64,000 nt of DNA, taken from contig JBBTSM010000002.1 in assembly GCA_038064675.1 (NCBI GenBank), positions 145,852-209,851 on the forward strand, in the 5' to 3' direction. Source of the DNA: Patescibacteria group bacterium. GTDB lineage: Bacteria > Patescibacteriota > Patescibacteriia > UBA9934. The notes under the pieces are model-generated. The model was not told the origin of the DNA. It searched no databases and saw only the letters and a program-made list of their open reading frames with translations. The first letter of the stretch is position 1. The number at the start of each line of letters is the position of its first letter. The position numbers were made by a program, and so were the translations under genes. Shown here piece after piece: positions 37,628-46,543 of the stretch.

Positions 37628-39760
37628 ATGAATCGTTTCAGCTTCCGTTCCCTCGTCGCCCCGATCCTCACGATCGTCGGCGACAGCCTTCCTTCCATCC
37701 CCACCGTCGCTGTTTCTGGCGTTCTCGCCCTCGTGCTCACTGGCTGCAATCTGCCCTCGGGCGACTGCACGAAGTCGAGTGATGGCTTCTTCGGAACAGC
37801 CACGATCGTGCTCGACTGCGGCAAGGCCGATACTGGCAACACGGTGGTGGATTCCGGAGACACCGGCGACTCGGTTCCAGACTCGAACGCCGAGACCGGT
37901 GAAACGGATTCGGGTGAGATCGATGAGACCAATTCGGACACAGACACCGCTGCTCAGCCCACCGATGCGGACGGCGACGGTTTCAACACCGACGACGATT
38001 GCAACGACCACGACACGGCGATCAATCCGGATGCCACGGAGATCTGCGACGGCGTGGACAACAACTGTGACGACGTCATCGACACCGATGCGGCGGACCA
38101 GACCACGTACTACGCGGACACGGACAGCGACGGCTACGGCGACGCGACGGTGATCGTGGACGACTGTTCGGCTCCCGCCGGGTACGTCGAAGACGACACC
38201 GACTGCGACGACGCGGATGCCACCATCCATCCGTACGCGGACGAGGACTGCACGGCGATGGAAGATCTCAACTGCGACGGCTCGTTCGGCTACGCGGATG
38301 CCGACGGTGACTTGGTTCCCGCGTGCGAGGACTGCGACGACACCAACGCAAACGCCTACCCCGGTAACACGGAAGTGTGCGACGGGGTGGACAACGATTG
38401 CGAAGACACCGTCGACGAAGACGCCGCGGACGAGCTCACTTGGTACGAGGATCTCGATGGAGACACGTACGGCGATTCGGATTCCACCACCTTCGCCTGC
38501 GACGAGCCCATTGGCTACGTGGCCGACTCCGCCGACTGCGACGACGCCGCCGCCACCGTCAACCCGGGAGCCGCAGAGGTCTGCAACGACGTGGACGACG
38601 ACTGCGACGGCGGTACGGACGAGGACCTCGCGGTCACCGTCTACTACACCGACGCGGACGGCGATGGGTACGGGGCGGGCAGCGGGTCCTCCGAGTGCGC
38701 CGATCCCGGCGCCGGCTACAGCACGGTCAACACCGACTGCGACGACACCAACGGGGCCATCAACCCCGCGGCGGTGGAGACGTGCGACGGCGAAGACAAC
38801 GACTGTGAAGGCACCGTCGATGAAGGCGCCGTGGATGCGCTCACCTGGTTCGCGGACGGCGACAACGATGGCCACGGCAACGCTGCCATCAGCGTCTTGT
38901 CCTGCAGTGAGCCTTCCGGCTACACCGCGGACGACACCGACTGCGATGACACGGACAACGATGTCTACCCGGGCGATGCCGAGTGGTGCGATGGCAAGGA
39001 CAACGACTGCGACGGCGTCATCGATATCAACGACGGCGACGGCGACGGCGTCGATGCCTGTAGCGGGGACTGCGACGACGGCGACGCCGCCGAATTCCCC
39101 GGGAACCCCGAAGTTTGCGACGGCCTCGACAACGACTGCGACGGCGGCGTGGATGACGGTCTGACCGGAACCTACTACCGCGACAGCGACGGCGACACGT
39201 ACGGCGACCCGTCGGTGTCCACCACCGCGTGCAGCGCTCCGAGCGGGTACGTGTCCAACAACACCGACTGCGACGACGGCGACTCCGGAATCAACCCCGG
39301 GGGAACCGAAGTCGTGGGCAACGGCGTGGACGACGACTGCAGCGGAACGGAGCTGGTCTTCACGACCGACTTCGGGATGTCCACCGGCGTGTGCCGTCTC
39401 GACGGCGCATACACCTCGACGGGTGCCGCCGTCCGTCAGGCCGGCGGGTGCTACATCTGGGTAGAAGGGTACGGGAGCCTCACGGCTCCTGCGGTGTCCG
39501 TGGATATCGACGTCGCGGGCCTCACGGCTGGCGATGAGTACATCTTCTCCTGGGACGTCGGGAACGCGAGCGCGTCCACCACCACGTTCGTCGGCGCGTT
39601 CACCGGCTCGTCCATCGAGTCGCTGTCCCTCGGGACGGGAACCTCCGGCGTGCTGGAGGACATCGTGACTGTCGGGTCCACCACCGTGACCGCCAGCATC
39701 TGGCACACGGGGACGAACGACTACGACGGATACCTGACCGGGTTCACCGTCGAACGGTAG
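37628..39760 (+). CDS. GC-rich lipoprotein with about 8 'putative metal-binding' (Cu-binding_MopE-like) repeats
   Basis: LVLTG-C; repeated D.DGDG.G...DCDD....PG..E.CDG.DNDCDG units; GGAG SD; TTTACT-17-TATTAT promoter at 37478-37506. Confidence 0.9.
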   Translation: MNRFSFRSLVAPILTIVGDSLPSIPTVAVSGVLALVLTGCNLPSGDCTKSSDGFFGTATIVLDCGKADTGNTVVDSGDTGDSVPDSNAETGETDSGEIDETNSDTDTAAQPTDADGDGFNTDDDCNDHDTAINPDATEICDGVDNNCDDVIDTDAADQTTYYADTDSDGYGDATVIVDDCSAPAGYVEDDTDCDDADATIHPYADEDCTAMEDLNCDGSFGYADADGDLVPACEDCDDTNANAYPGNTEVCDGVDNDCEDTVDEDAADELTWYEDLDGDTYGDSDSTTFACDEPIGYVADSADCDDAAATVNPGAAEVCNDVDDDCDGGTDEDLAVTVYYTDADGDGYGAGSGSSECADPGAGYSTVNTDCDDTNGAINPAAVETCDGEDNDCEGTVDEGAVDALTWFADGDNDGHGNAAISVLSCSEPSGYTADDTDCDDTDNDVYPGDAEWCDGKDNDCDGVIDINDGDGDGVDACSGDCDDGDAAEFPGNPEVCDGLDNDCDGGVDDGLTGTYYRDSDGDTYGDPSVSTTACSAPSGYVSNNTDCDDGDSGINPGGTEVVGNGVDDDCSGTELVFTTDFGMSTGVCRLDGAYTSTGAAVRQAGGCYIWVEGYGSLTAPAVSVDIDVAGLTAGDEYIFSWDVGNASASTTTFVGAFTGSSIESLSLGTGTSGVLEDIVTVGSTTVTASIWHTGTNDYDGYLTGFTVER

Positions 39761-39866
39761 TGAGGGTTCGTCACCTCGGGCCGGCGTACGCAGCGCCAGC
39801 CAACGAAGCTCTCGATCACCGCAAGGTGATCGGGGGCTTCTTCGTTTCCGATGGTATACTTTCTGT

Positions 39867-41399
39867 ATGATTCCCGATTTTCGTTCGTTGTATCGTGCGT
39901 CGGAAGAGCATGCGCGTCTTGCGTTCTTCGGATTTACTGCGCTTCTTGCACTTGGTTTTCTCGGGACGGTATTCTTTTCGTCTACGCTTGTTGTTGCGGC
40001 TGTCGTCGTGATCATTGGCATCGCCTTTACGTTTGCACGGCCGACGTGGACGCTGGCTGCCTTTGCCGTGTATCTCCCATTTGAGCCGTTTTTGTTGAAA
40101 TGGGTTCCGGACGATGTGTACGTGTTTGCACGCTATGGTTCCGAGCTTATCGTGTATTTGCTCCTTGCGGTTGTTGTGTGGCGAATGATCACCGGATCGA
40201 TTACGTTCAAGCGTACGCCGCTCGATGTTGCCTTTTGTGTCGTGATTTTTCTTGCACTCGTTTCTGTTGCGATTAACGCTCTTTCGCCGTGGGTTGCACT
40301 TCTTGGCCTTCGGCAAATTTTCCGATTCGTCTTACTGTTTTTTATCGTCGTGTACCTCTCGCCGTCAAAAGAACTTCTTCGAAAATTGCTGGTCGCAATG
40401 TTTGTTATCGTCACCATTCAGGCAGCGCTCGGATACGCTCAGCGTTTGCTTGGCGAGCCAATCGATACATTCCTTCTTCCGTCTGCACAGCGTACGCTTG
40501 GAAGCTTGCAGCTCACGTCCGGTACTACGCAATTTTGGGATCCTGGTCAGCGCGTGTTCGGTACGCTTGGCCGATATGATCAGTTAGGAACATTCATGGC
40601 GTTCTTCCTGATTCTTTTGGTAGCGTTTTTGTACGAACGCGCTCTTGCGAAACATGAGGAGCTTCCGGCGTGGTTCATCTTACTTTTTTCTGTTCCTGTT
40701 GTGGGATTAGCGTACTCGCGCTCTGCGTGGTTTGGTTTTGCGCTCGCATTCTTTTTTATCGCCCTTGTTGTAAAGCGCGACAAGCGTGTTCTTGCGGCAA
40801 CGCTCATTGGTGCATCGCTGGTTGGCGGATATCTTTCCATTTCTGGACTTGTCGTGAATCAACTTATTGATTCTTCAAGCCAAACATTGAGCGAGCGGTT
40901 TTTTGAGGCGTTTTCTTACGCGCGATGGCAGGGTGAATATTTCGGGCTCGGTCGTGTGTATTGGATGGCGCAAACCGTGTGGACTGTGGTGCCGTCGTCG
41001 CCGTTGTTCGGCCATGGCCCAGGAACATTCGGCGGTGGAGCGGTTGCGGCGCTTGGGAATACCGATGTGTATGACCGGCTCGGCTTGCCGTTTGGTGTGT
41101 ATGGAACGGAGGGCTACATCGACAACAATTGGTTTAGCATGTGGGGTGAACTTGGTACATTGGGGCTTGGCGCGTATCTCGTGATGTACGTGACGTTGTT
41201 CTTGGTGTGCTTACGGGTGTACCGCGAATCGAAGGATCCCGAGGTACGCGCGTTTGCCCTTGGTGTAGCCGGAGCAATGCTCGCGGTTGCGGTGAACGCA
41301 TTTCTTGCGACATTTTTGGAAGCGCGAACGCTCGCTCCGTATCTGTGGATTATGGGCGGCTCTGTGGTTGCGTTCGGAAAGAAGGAGGAGATTCTATGA
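39867..41399 (+). CDS. O-antigen ligase/Wzy-like membrane protein
   Basis: RVFGTLG, YSRSAW, PLFGHGPGTF, DNNW...GELG.LGL. Confidence 0.87.
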   Translation: MIPDFRSLYRASEEHARLAFFGFTALLALGFLGTVFFSSTLVVAAVVVIIGIAFTFARPTWTLAAFAVYLPFEPFLLKWVPDDVYVFARYGSELIVYLLLAVVVWRMITGSITFKRTPLDVAFCVVIFLALVSVAINALSPWVALLGLRQIFRFVLLFFIVVYLSPSKELLRKLLVAMFVIVTIQAALGYAQRLLGEPIDTFLLPSAQRTLGSLQLTSGTTQFWDPGQRVFGTLGRYDQLGTFMAFFLILLVAFLYERALAKHEELPAWFILLFSVPVVGLAYSRSAWFGFALAFFFIALVVKRDKRVLAATLIGASLVGGYLSISGLVVNQLIDSSSQTLSERFFEAFSYARWQGEYFGLGRVYWMAQTVWTVVPSSPLFGHGPGTFGGGAVAALGNTDVYDRLGLPFGVYGTEGYIDNNWFSMWGELGTLGLGAYLVMYVTLFLVCLRVYRESKDPEVRAFALGVAGAMLAVAVNAFLATFLEARTLAPYLWIMGGSVVAFGKKEEIL

Positions 41400-42625
41400 G
41401 AATTGTTCACGTCCATAAATATTTTCACTCTCGCGACGGCGCAAGTCGGTACGAGCGTGGGTTGATGCGTTTGCAGGAGGAGGCGGGGAACGCTGTTGCG
41501 CCATTTGCGATGCACGACGACCGAAATGAACCAACGCCGTGGAGCGAATATTTTGTTTCCAATCTTGAGACGAAGCGTGCGGTGATTGGTCTGAGTGCGT
41601 TCCGACAAGCCGCGAGAGCATTGTGGTCCAGGGAGGCGGAAAAGAAATTTGATCGCATGCTTGAGGTGTTTCGCCCCGACGTCATCCACGTTCACAACAT
41701 TTATACGCATCTTTCGCCGTCGGTGCTTGCGGTTGCCAAGCGAAGAAAAATTCCCGTCGTCATGACCGTGCACGACTATGCATTGATGAGTGCGAATTAT
41801 TCGTTGTGGGACGAGTCCAATATGCGGTCGATGGATCTGAACGACATCGGTATTCTTGCTACAGCGCGAACGAAATTCATGAAAGGATCGTTTCTCGCAA
41901 CACTCGTGCTTGAGATGATCTTGAAAATTCATCATGCATTCAAATGCTACGATTCTGCGATTTCGCACTACACGACGTATTCCAACTTTGTTCGCGATGT
42001 GATGGTGCGCTCGGGAATTCCCGCAGAGAAGATTGCTGTGCTCCATGCGTTCGCGGAGCCGTTGATGCATCCGGACATATCGATACCCGCAAAGGCGAAG
42101 GAACCTTTCGTGCTCTTCGCTGGCCGTCTCGAATCGTACAAGGGTGTTCATGTTCTCCTTGAGGCGTTGCGATATTTGCCATCGACGACGCGCATAAAGA
42201 TTGTGGGTGTGGGGCCTGATGAGGATCGATTGAAAATTATGATCGGGAAGGACCATCGAGTTGAATTCCTTGGTTTTGTTCCGGGGGCTGACCTCTGGAA
42301 GATGATGGCGCAGGCGGCTGTTGTGGTTGTTCCCTCCATTTGGAACGAGCCGTACGGGCTTGTCGCGCTTGAGGCGATGTGCCAAGGCACGTCGATTATT
42401 GTTGCGAAGAGCGGGGGACTGCCGGAGATTGTGGGGGAGTCGGAAGCAGGAATCGTGGTGTCGGCGGGCGATCCGAGGGCGTTGGCACGAGCCATAGAAC
42501 GAATACTTGATGATCCCGATCGTGCAAAGGTCATGGGAAGGGCGGCATATGAGCGTGCGCGGGCTATTGGGAATCCACAGGAGCACCTTGCAAAGATCAT
42601 GGAGATATACTCACGGTGTGGATAA
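41396..42625 (+). CDS. Glycosyltransferase family 4
   Basis: PDVIHVHNIY, FAGRL...KG, PSIWNEPYGLVALEAM. Confidence 0.93.
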   Translation: MRIVHVHKYFHSRDGASRYERGLMRLQEEAGNAVAPFAMHDDRNEPTPWSEYFVSNLETKRAVIGLSAFRQAARALWSREAEKKFDRMLEVFRPDVIHVHNIYTHLSPSVLAVAKRRKIPVVMTVHDYALMSANYSLWDESNMRSMDLNDIGILATARTKFMKGSFLATLVLEMILKIHHAFKCYDSAISHYTTYSNFVRDVMVRSGIPAEKIAVLHAFAEPLMHPDISIPAKAKEPFVLFAGRLESYKGVHVLLEALRYLPSTTRIKIVGVGPDEDRLKIMIGKDHRVEFLGFVPGADLWKMMAQAAVVVVPSIWNEPYGLVALEAMCQGTSIIVAKSGGLPEIVGESEAGIVVSAGDPRALARAIERILDDPDRAKVMGRAAYERARAIGNPQEHLAKIMEIYSRCG

Positions 42626-42733
42626 GACCAGAATCCTATTATAAATATCGCTAATACTAGCGATATTTTATTTGTATTTCCCGAAGGCGCTTCGTTGACC
42701 AAATGGCTAAAAACTGATAGGCTACTCGGTCTT

Positions 42734-43894
42734 ATGAAAATTGCCATGATTGGACAGAAAGGGATTCCGGCACAGTTTGGCGGCGTGGAAACCCACGTCG
42801 TCGAGCTTGCAACTCGCCTTGCGCGCCTTGGCCATACGGTCACGGTGTATGGCCGTACGTGGTACGTCCCAAAGCGGACGGACCGGGTAAACGGAATTCG
42901 CGTGGTTCGCACGCCAAGCATCCGCACGAAGCACCTTGATACTATTACGGCGTCGTTTTTTGCCGTGCTTCATGCAACGATGTTCGTCCGTCCAGACGTC
43001 TATCATTTTCACGGCGTTGGCCCCTCGCTCTTGGCGTGGATTCCTCGAATCTTTGCACCTCGGGCAACAGTGGTCACCACGTTCCACTCTATCGACCGTA
43101 CTCACGAAAAGTGGGGAGCGTTCTCTCGCCTTGCTCTTCGGCTTGGTGAACGCGCATCGTTTGCATTCGCCGACGAAACCATTGCTGTGAGCAAGACGCT
43201 CGCCAAGTATGGTGAGCGTGAATATGGCCGCCGTGCAACATATATTCCAAATGGCATCACGCCGGTTCACACTTCCGTCGAGCCATTGCTCTTGTCGCCA
43301 TTCGGTTTGGAACCGTTTCATTACGTCGCGATGATCGCACGTTTGGTTCCGCATAAGGGAGCGCACACACTCATCGCTGCATGGCAGATGGCACATAAAC
43401 GCCAGCCTGATGTCATGAAAGGCATCAAGCTTGCTATTGTTGGCGGAAGTGCGTTCACCGATGCATATGTCCGTAAACTTCATGCCATGGCATCGCATGA
43501 TGATTCTATTGTCTTCACTGGTTTTCAACGCGGCGATACATTGACTGCGTTGTTCTCTGGCGCGCGATTTATGGTGCATCCTTCCACTAGCGAGGGATTG
43601 CCAATCGCGGTGCTTGAAGAAATGAGCCACGGTAAAGCGGTTATCGCTGCAGATATTCCAGAAACCATGGAAGTTGTTGGCGAATACGGCGTGCCGTTCT
43701 CCCAGGGCGATATCACCACGCTCGCAGACTGCATCATCGATCTTGCAAAGGATCCAATGCAGGCTGCGGCAATCGGACATGCTGCGCGAACGTTCGTGGA
43801 AGACGAATATCATTGGGACGACATTGCGCAGGAAACTGCCGCGCTCTATCGTCGTCGTGCGATGGTTCGTCAAGGAGTATTCGCTGTTCGATAA
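42734..43894 (+). CDS. Glycosyltransferase family 4
   Basis: MKIAMIGQKGIPAQFGGVE, ARLVPHKG, EGLPIAVLE. Confidence 0.93.
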   Translation: MKIAMIGQKGIPAQFGGVETHVVELATRLARLGHTVTVYGRTWYVPKRTDRVNGIRVVRTPSIRTKHLDTITASFFAVLHATMFVRPDVYHFHGVGPSLLAWIPRIFAPRATVVTTFHSIDRTHEKWGAFSRLALRLGERASFAFADETIAVSKTLAKYGEREYGRRATYIPNGITPVHTSVEPLLLSPFGLEPFHYVAMIARLVPHKGAHTLIAAWQMAHKRQPDVMKGIKLAIVGGSAFTDAYVRKLHAMASHDDSIVFTGFQRGDTLTALFSGARFMVHPSTSEGLPIAVLEEMSHGKAVIAADIPETMEVVGEYGVPFSQGDITTLADCIIDLAKDPMQAAAIGHAARTFVEDEYHWDDIAQETAALYRRRAMVRQGVFAVR

Positions 43895-43897
43895 AAA

Positions 43898-44022
43898 CAG
43901 GACTTCCTCATTTGGCCGATTTTGGGCTTGCGCCATCGGAAACTTCTTCAACGTACCAAGAAGTACGTCTCGGAAGCTTTCCTCGCCGCGCACCCAAACT
44001 CGTCACAAATGAGAAACTCCTG
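43898..44022. repeat. Palindromic repeat family 1
   Basis: caggacttcctcatttg...caaatgagaaactcctg with central cttcaacgtaccaagaagtacgtctcgg. Confidence 0.88.
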
Positions 44023-44032
44023 GTCGTTACAT

Positions 44033-44061
44033 AAAACCGAGTCTGAAAAGACTCGGTTTTG
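44033..44061. terminator. Intrinsic terminator
   Basis: aaaaccgagtct-gaaa-agactcggtttt. Confidence 0.75.
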
Positions 44062-44076
44062 TGTTGGAGAGGGGGC

Positions 44077-44263
44077 CTGAACTGAATCTTGAAAATGGTT
44101 GTGACGGGAAGTTGGCGACGACGAACTGGAGTCATCGCCGAGATCGGCATGTGTGTTTTTCGATAAGACCGATGTTAGGTAAATATAAGATTTCACTCAT
44201 CGATTCATTGAGCTTTTCGCAGATAAGATGTTAGGTCCACACCCATTCAAAGATTCACGTCAG
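44077..44263. repeat. Inverted-repeat-bounded element (family 2)
   Basis: ctgaactgaatcttgaaaatggttgtg...cacacccattcaaagattcacgtcag; ends similar to 2873-3271. Confidence 0.6.
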
Positions 44264-45479
44264 ATCGTAGTACTTCTTTCACGATTCGCTTACTTACAAA
44301 ATCCGGTATGCGGCCGACGATGTGTTTTGATCGGAGGAATGGAATGTGCGCGATGCTGGCGTGGCCGGCAAAGAGGGTTGGGAGAATCTCGGATTCACCG
44401 AACGCGTCGATCGTCTGGCGGACTTGGATCAGACCTGATCGATAGAGATGATCGCGACGAAAGCCGAGGCCGGCGGTGTTCGGATGATGAATACCGCGAG
44501 ACACACGAAGCATGAGCCGCCATGCGGTATCGAATGCCTCCTCATCGGCGTGATTAATGTTGAGCGCGATGTTGAGTTTGCGGCGTGCGTCGCGGATGAT
44601 TTCAAAAGCCGATCGGAAATCCGCTTCCTTCGAAAGTGCAGCAGCCCAAGCATCCCAGAACCCAGGGTCCATGGATTCTTCGGTTTTGAGTTTTTGTTGC
44701 ATCGCGACGGCGAGGCCTTCGTCGGTGGCGATATATCCGGCTAATCCCCGGCCAAGCAGGAGTATCGGCGATGTCATGCCGTTCGCTGTTCGCAACGCGT
44801 GAACCTCGATTTCGTGAGTGAGCAATCGTGCGGCACGAGCTCTGGACGCAAGAAAGTTTTTTGGGATCTTCACCGTTGGTGCGCGGTCGAGCGAATCGCC
44901 GCGTGAAACGGAAACGCTTGGTCGATTGATGAACCGTGTTGTCCAATCGGTCATGCCGTAATGATCAAGCGTCGCGCGGACCATGCGCTCGAATATGACG
45001 GTATCCACTCGGTCTTGATGGGTATGGAGTTCGTGCGATCGTGCCAAGAGGGTTGTGAATTCATCGGCGAGCTCGGCGCCCGTTTGGACGCATGGTCCGA
45101 AGAGATGATCTGCGAGTGCGGAAACTGCGGTGTCGTCTTTCCGTTTCATTGCACTAACAATCTGCGCACGGGTTGTGAGCTCGGCAAGTTTCTCGAGATA
45201 GAGTGCGCGAATATCTTCGGAGGCTGGAATCGAGGCGATGCGATCATGAACGGATCGGAGCGCGGTGAGATATGCGACGTCATCAAAACGATCGAGACGG
45301 TGATATATGAACGTTGGTGTTGTGCGATCGGCGACGAATTGGTTTCGTGCAACTCGGGCGGCTGCGCGATTTTGACGAACAAGGTTTGCAAACGGAAATG
45401 CTGGGAGGGTTTGGAACGTCTTAAACAATGGGGCGTCGAGCGGCTCCATATCTAGGTACGTTCTGTGGGGATCTTCCAC
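44247..45479 (-). CDS. DUF1704 family metallo-carboxypeptidase-like protein (HExxxH...EGLA)
   Basis: LLTHEIEVHALRTANG, TDEGLAV, RVSRG, RDHLYRSG. Confidence 0.85.
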   Translation of the reverse strand: MEDPHRTYLDMEPLDAPLFKTFQTLPAFPFANLVRQNRAAARVARNQFVADRTTPTFIYHRLDRFDDVAYLTALRSVHDRIASIPASEDIRALYLEKLAELTTRAQIVSAMKRKDDTAVSALADHLFGPCVQTGAELADEFTTLLARSHELHTHQDRVDTVIFERMVRATLDHYGMTDWTTRFINRPSVSVSRGDSLDRAPTVKIPKNFLASRARAARLLTHEIEVHALRTANGMTSPILLLGRGLAGYIATDEGLAVAMQQKLKTEESMDPGFWDAWAAALSKEADFRSAFEIIRDARRKLNIALNINHADEEAFDTAWRLMLRVSRGIHHPNTAGLGFRRDHLYRSGLIQVRQTIDAFGESEILPTLFAGHASIAHIPFLRSKHIVGRIPDFVSKRIVKEVLRSDVNL

Positions 45480-45700
45480 TTGTCTACAAACTGGCCGATA
45501 CCGTCTTTGGCGAGCTTGTGGCGAACGGTTGTAGTCTTGTCAGCCCAGTCTAAAAGGGAGGCGAGATCGATCTTGTATCGATTTTGAACCACAATACACT
45601 CCACCGCTTTGTCGGTAATTGCTCGGCGGATCGTTCGTTGGCTCACCCCGAAGAACTTCGCGGCTTCGGAAACGGAGAGTCGGATGGAAGTGTCTTCCAT
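45452..45700 (-). CDS. Excisionase-type HTH DNA-binding protein
   Basis: RLSVSEAAKFFGVSQRTIRRAI...RYKI. Confidence 0.85.
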   Translation of the reverse strand: MEDTSIRLSVSEAAKFFGVSQRTIRRAITDKAVECIVVQNRYKIDLASLLDWADKTTTVRHKLAKDGIGQFVDKWKIPTERT

Positions 45701-45876
45701 AGGGTGTAATGATCCTGAATCTTTTACGTCTTTTGCGAACCTTAGCCAAATTTCTTCTCCAGGAGGCCTGAAGGCTACCCTATACCCTTGAGATTATATA
45801 CTTTTCTTCAAAATCCTGCTAAGGTTCGTGCTAATTTTGGCACTGTAATACTTTGTCGCGTCTTGCGTCTTAATAC

Positions 45877-46410
45877 ATGTCAACACTTCGGGAAAAATTT
45901 CTTGCCTTCCGCGTGTACCGCCATCAGGACAGCGTGGCGTACGGCGAAATCTACGACATGTTCGCGGACCGCATCCGACGCTTTCTGGCGTTTAAGCTTC
46001 CGCGAAACGAAGACGCGGATGAGCTTACTGGAGAAGTCTTTCTCCGAGGGTGGGAATACATGACGAGTAGCGCCGTGAATAACCTCAACGCATTCTTCTT
46101 CCGCATTGCTCGAAACTTGGTGGCCGACTTCTATCGGAAGTATAAGGTTACCGAGGAGCTCGATGCGGCATCAGAAAAGGCGAGCGGCGTATCTGTTTCG
46201 GAAGAAGTCGCCACGAAGATCGAAAGCGATGAGCTCATCGAATCGCTTCGAGGGATAAAGGATGAATATCGCGAAGTTCTGGTCATGCGTTACTTGAGTG
46301 AAATGGAAGTGGGGGAGATTGCGTCTGCTTTAGAGAAGACGTCCAACAGCGTTCGTGTGCTCCTGCACCGGGCAAAAAAAGCGTTACAAGAAAAGATGAA
46401 AATAGATTGA
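45877..46410 (+). CDS. ECF RNA polymerase sigma factor
   Basis: Region 2 DADELTGEVFLRGW...FRIARNLVADFYR; region 4 EIASALEK...VRVLLHRA. Confidence 0.94.
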   Translation: MSTLREKFLAFRVYRHQDSVAYGEIYDMFADRIRRFLAFKLPRNEDADELTGEVFLRGWEYMTSSAVNNLNAFFFRIARNLVADFYRKYKVTEELDAASEKASGVSVSEEVATKIESDELIESLRGIKDEYREVLVMRYLSEMEVGEIASALEKTSNSVRVLLHRAKKALQEKMKID

Positions 46411-46417
46411 CTTTTAG

Positions 46418-46536
46418 GACTTTCACATTTGAGGCTAGTTTCGATGAAGATCGAGGAAAGCTCGCGAGGCGTACTTATGTGTACGTTGAGCGAGTTTCCG
46501 ATGATCTGAGTCGAAAATAGACCAAATGGGGAAGTC
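46418..46536. repeat. Palindromic repeat family 1
   Basis: gactttcacatttg...caaatggggaagtc with central cgaggcgtacttatgtgtacgttgag. Confidence 0.87.
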
Positions 46537-46543
46537 ATAAATT

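Noticed and set aside
34265-39850. Integron cassette array or DGR as explanation for the GC-rich gene run
   Set aside because: No consistent attC R''/R' (RYYYAAC...GTTRRRY) boundaries seen, each gene has its own promoter, and no IntI, reverse transcriptase or TR/VR pair was seen
37604-40021. 805-aa minus-strand ORF, and similar long overlapping ORFs at 25910-27104, 34217-35323, 35440-36444 and 36441-37346
   Set aside because: Antisense or alternate-frame shadows of GC3-rich genes; no motifs, whereas the chosen frames have signal peptides, SDs and promoters
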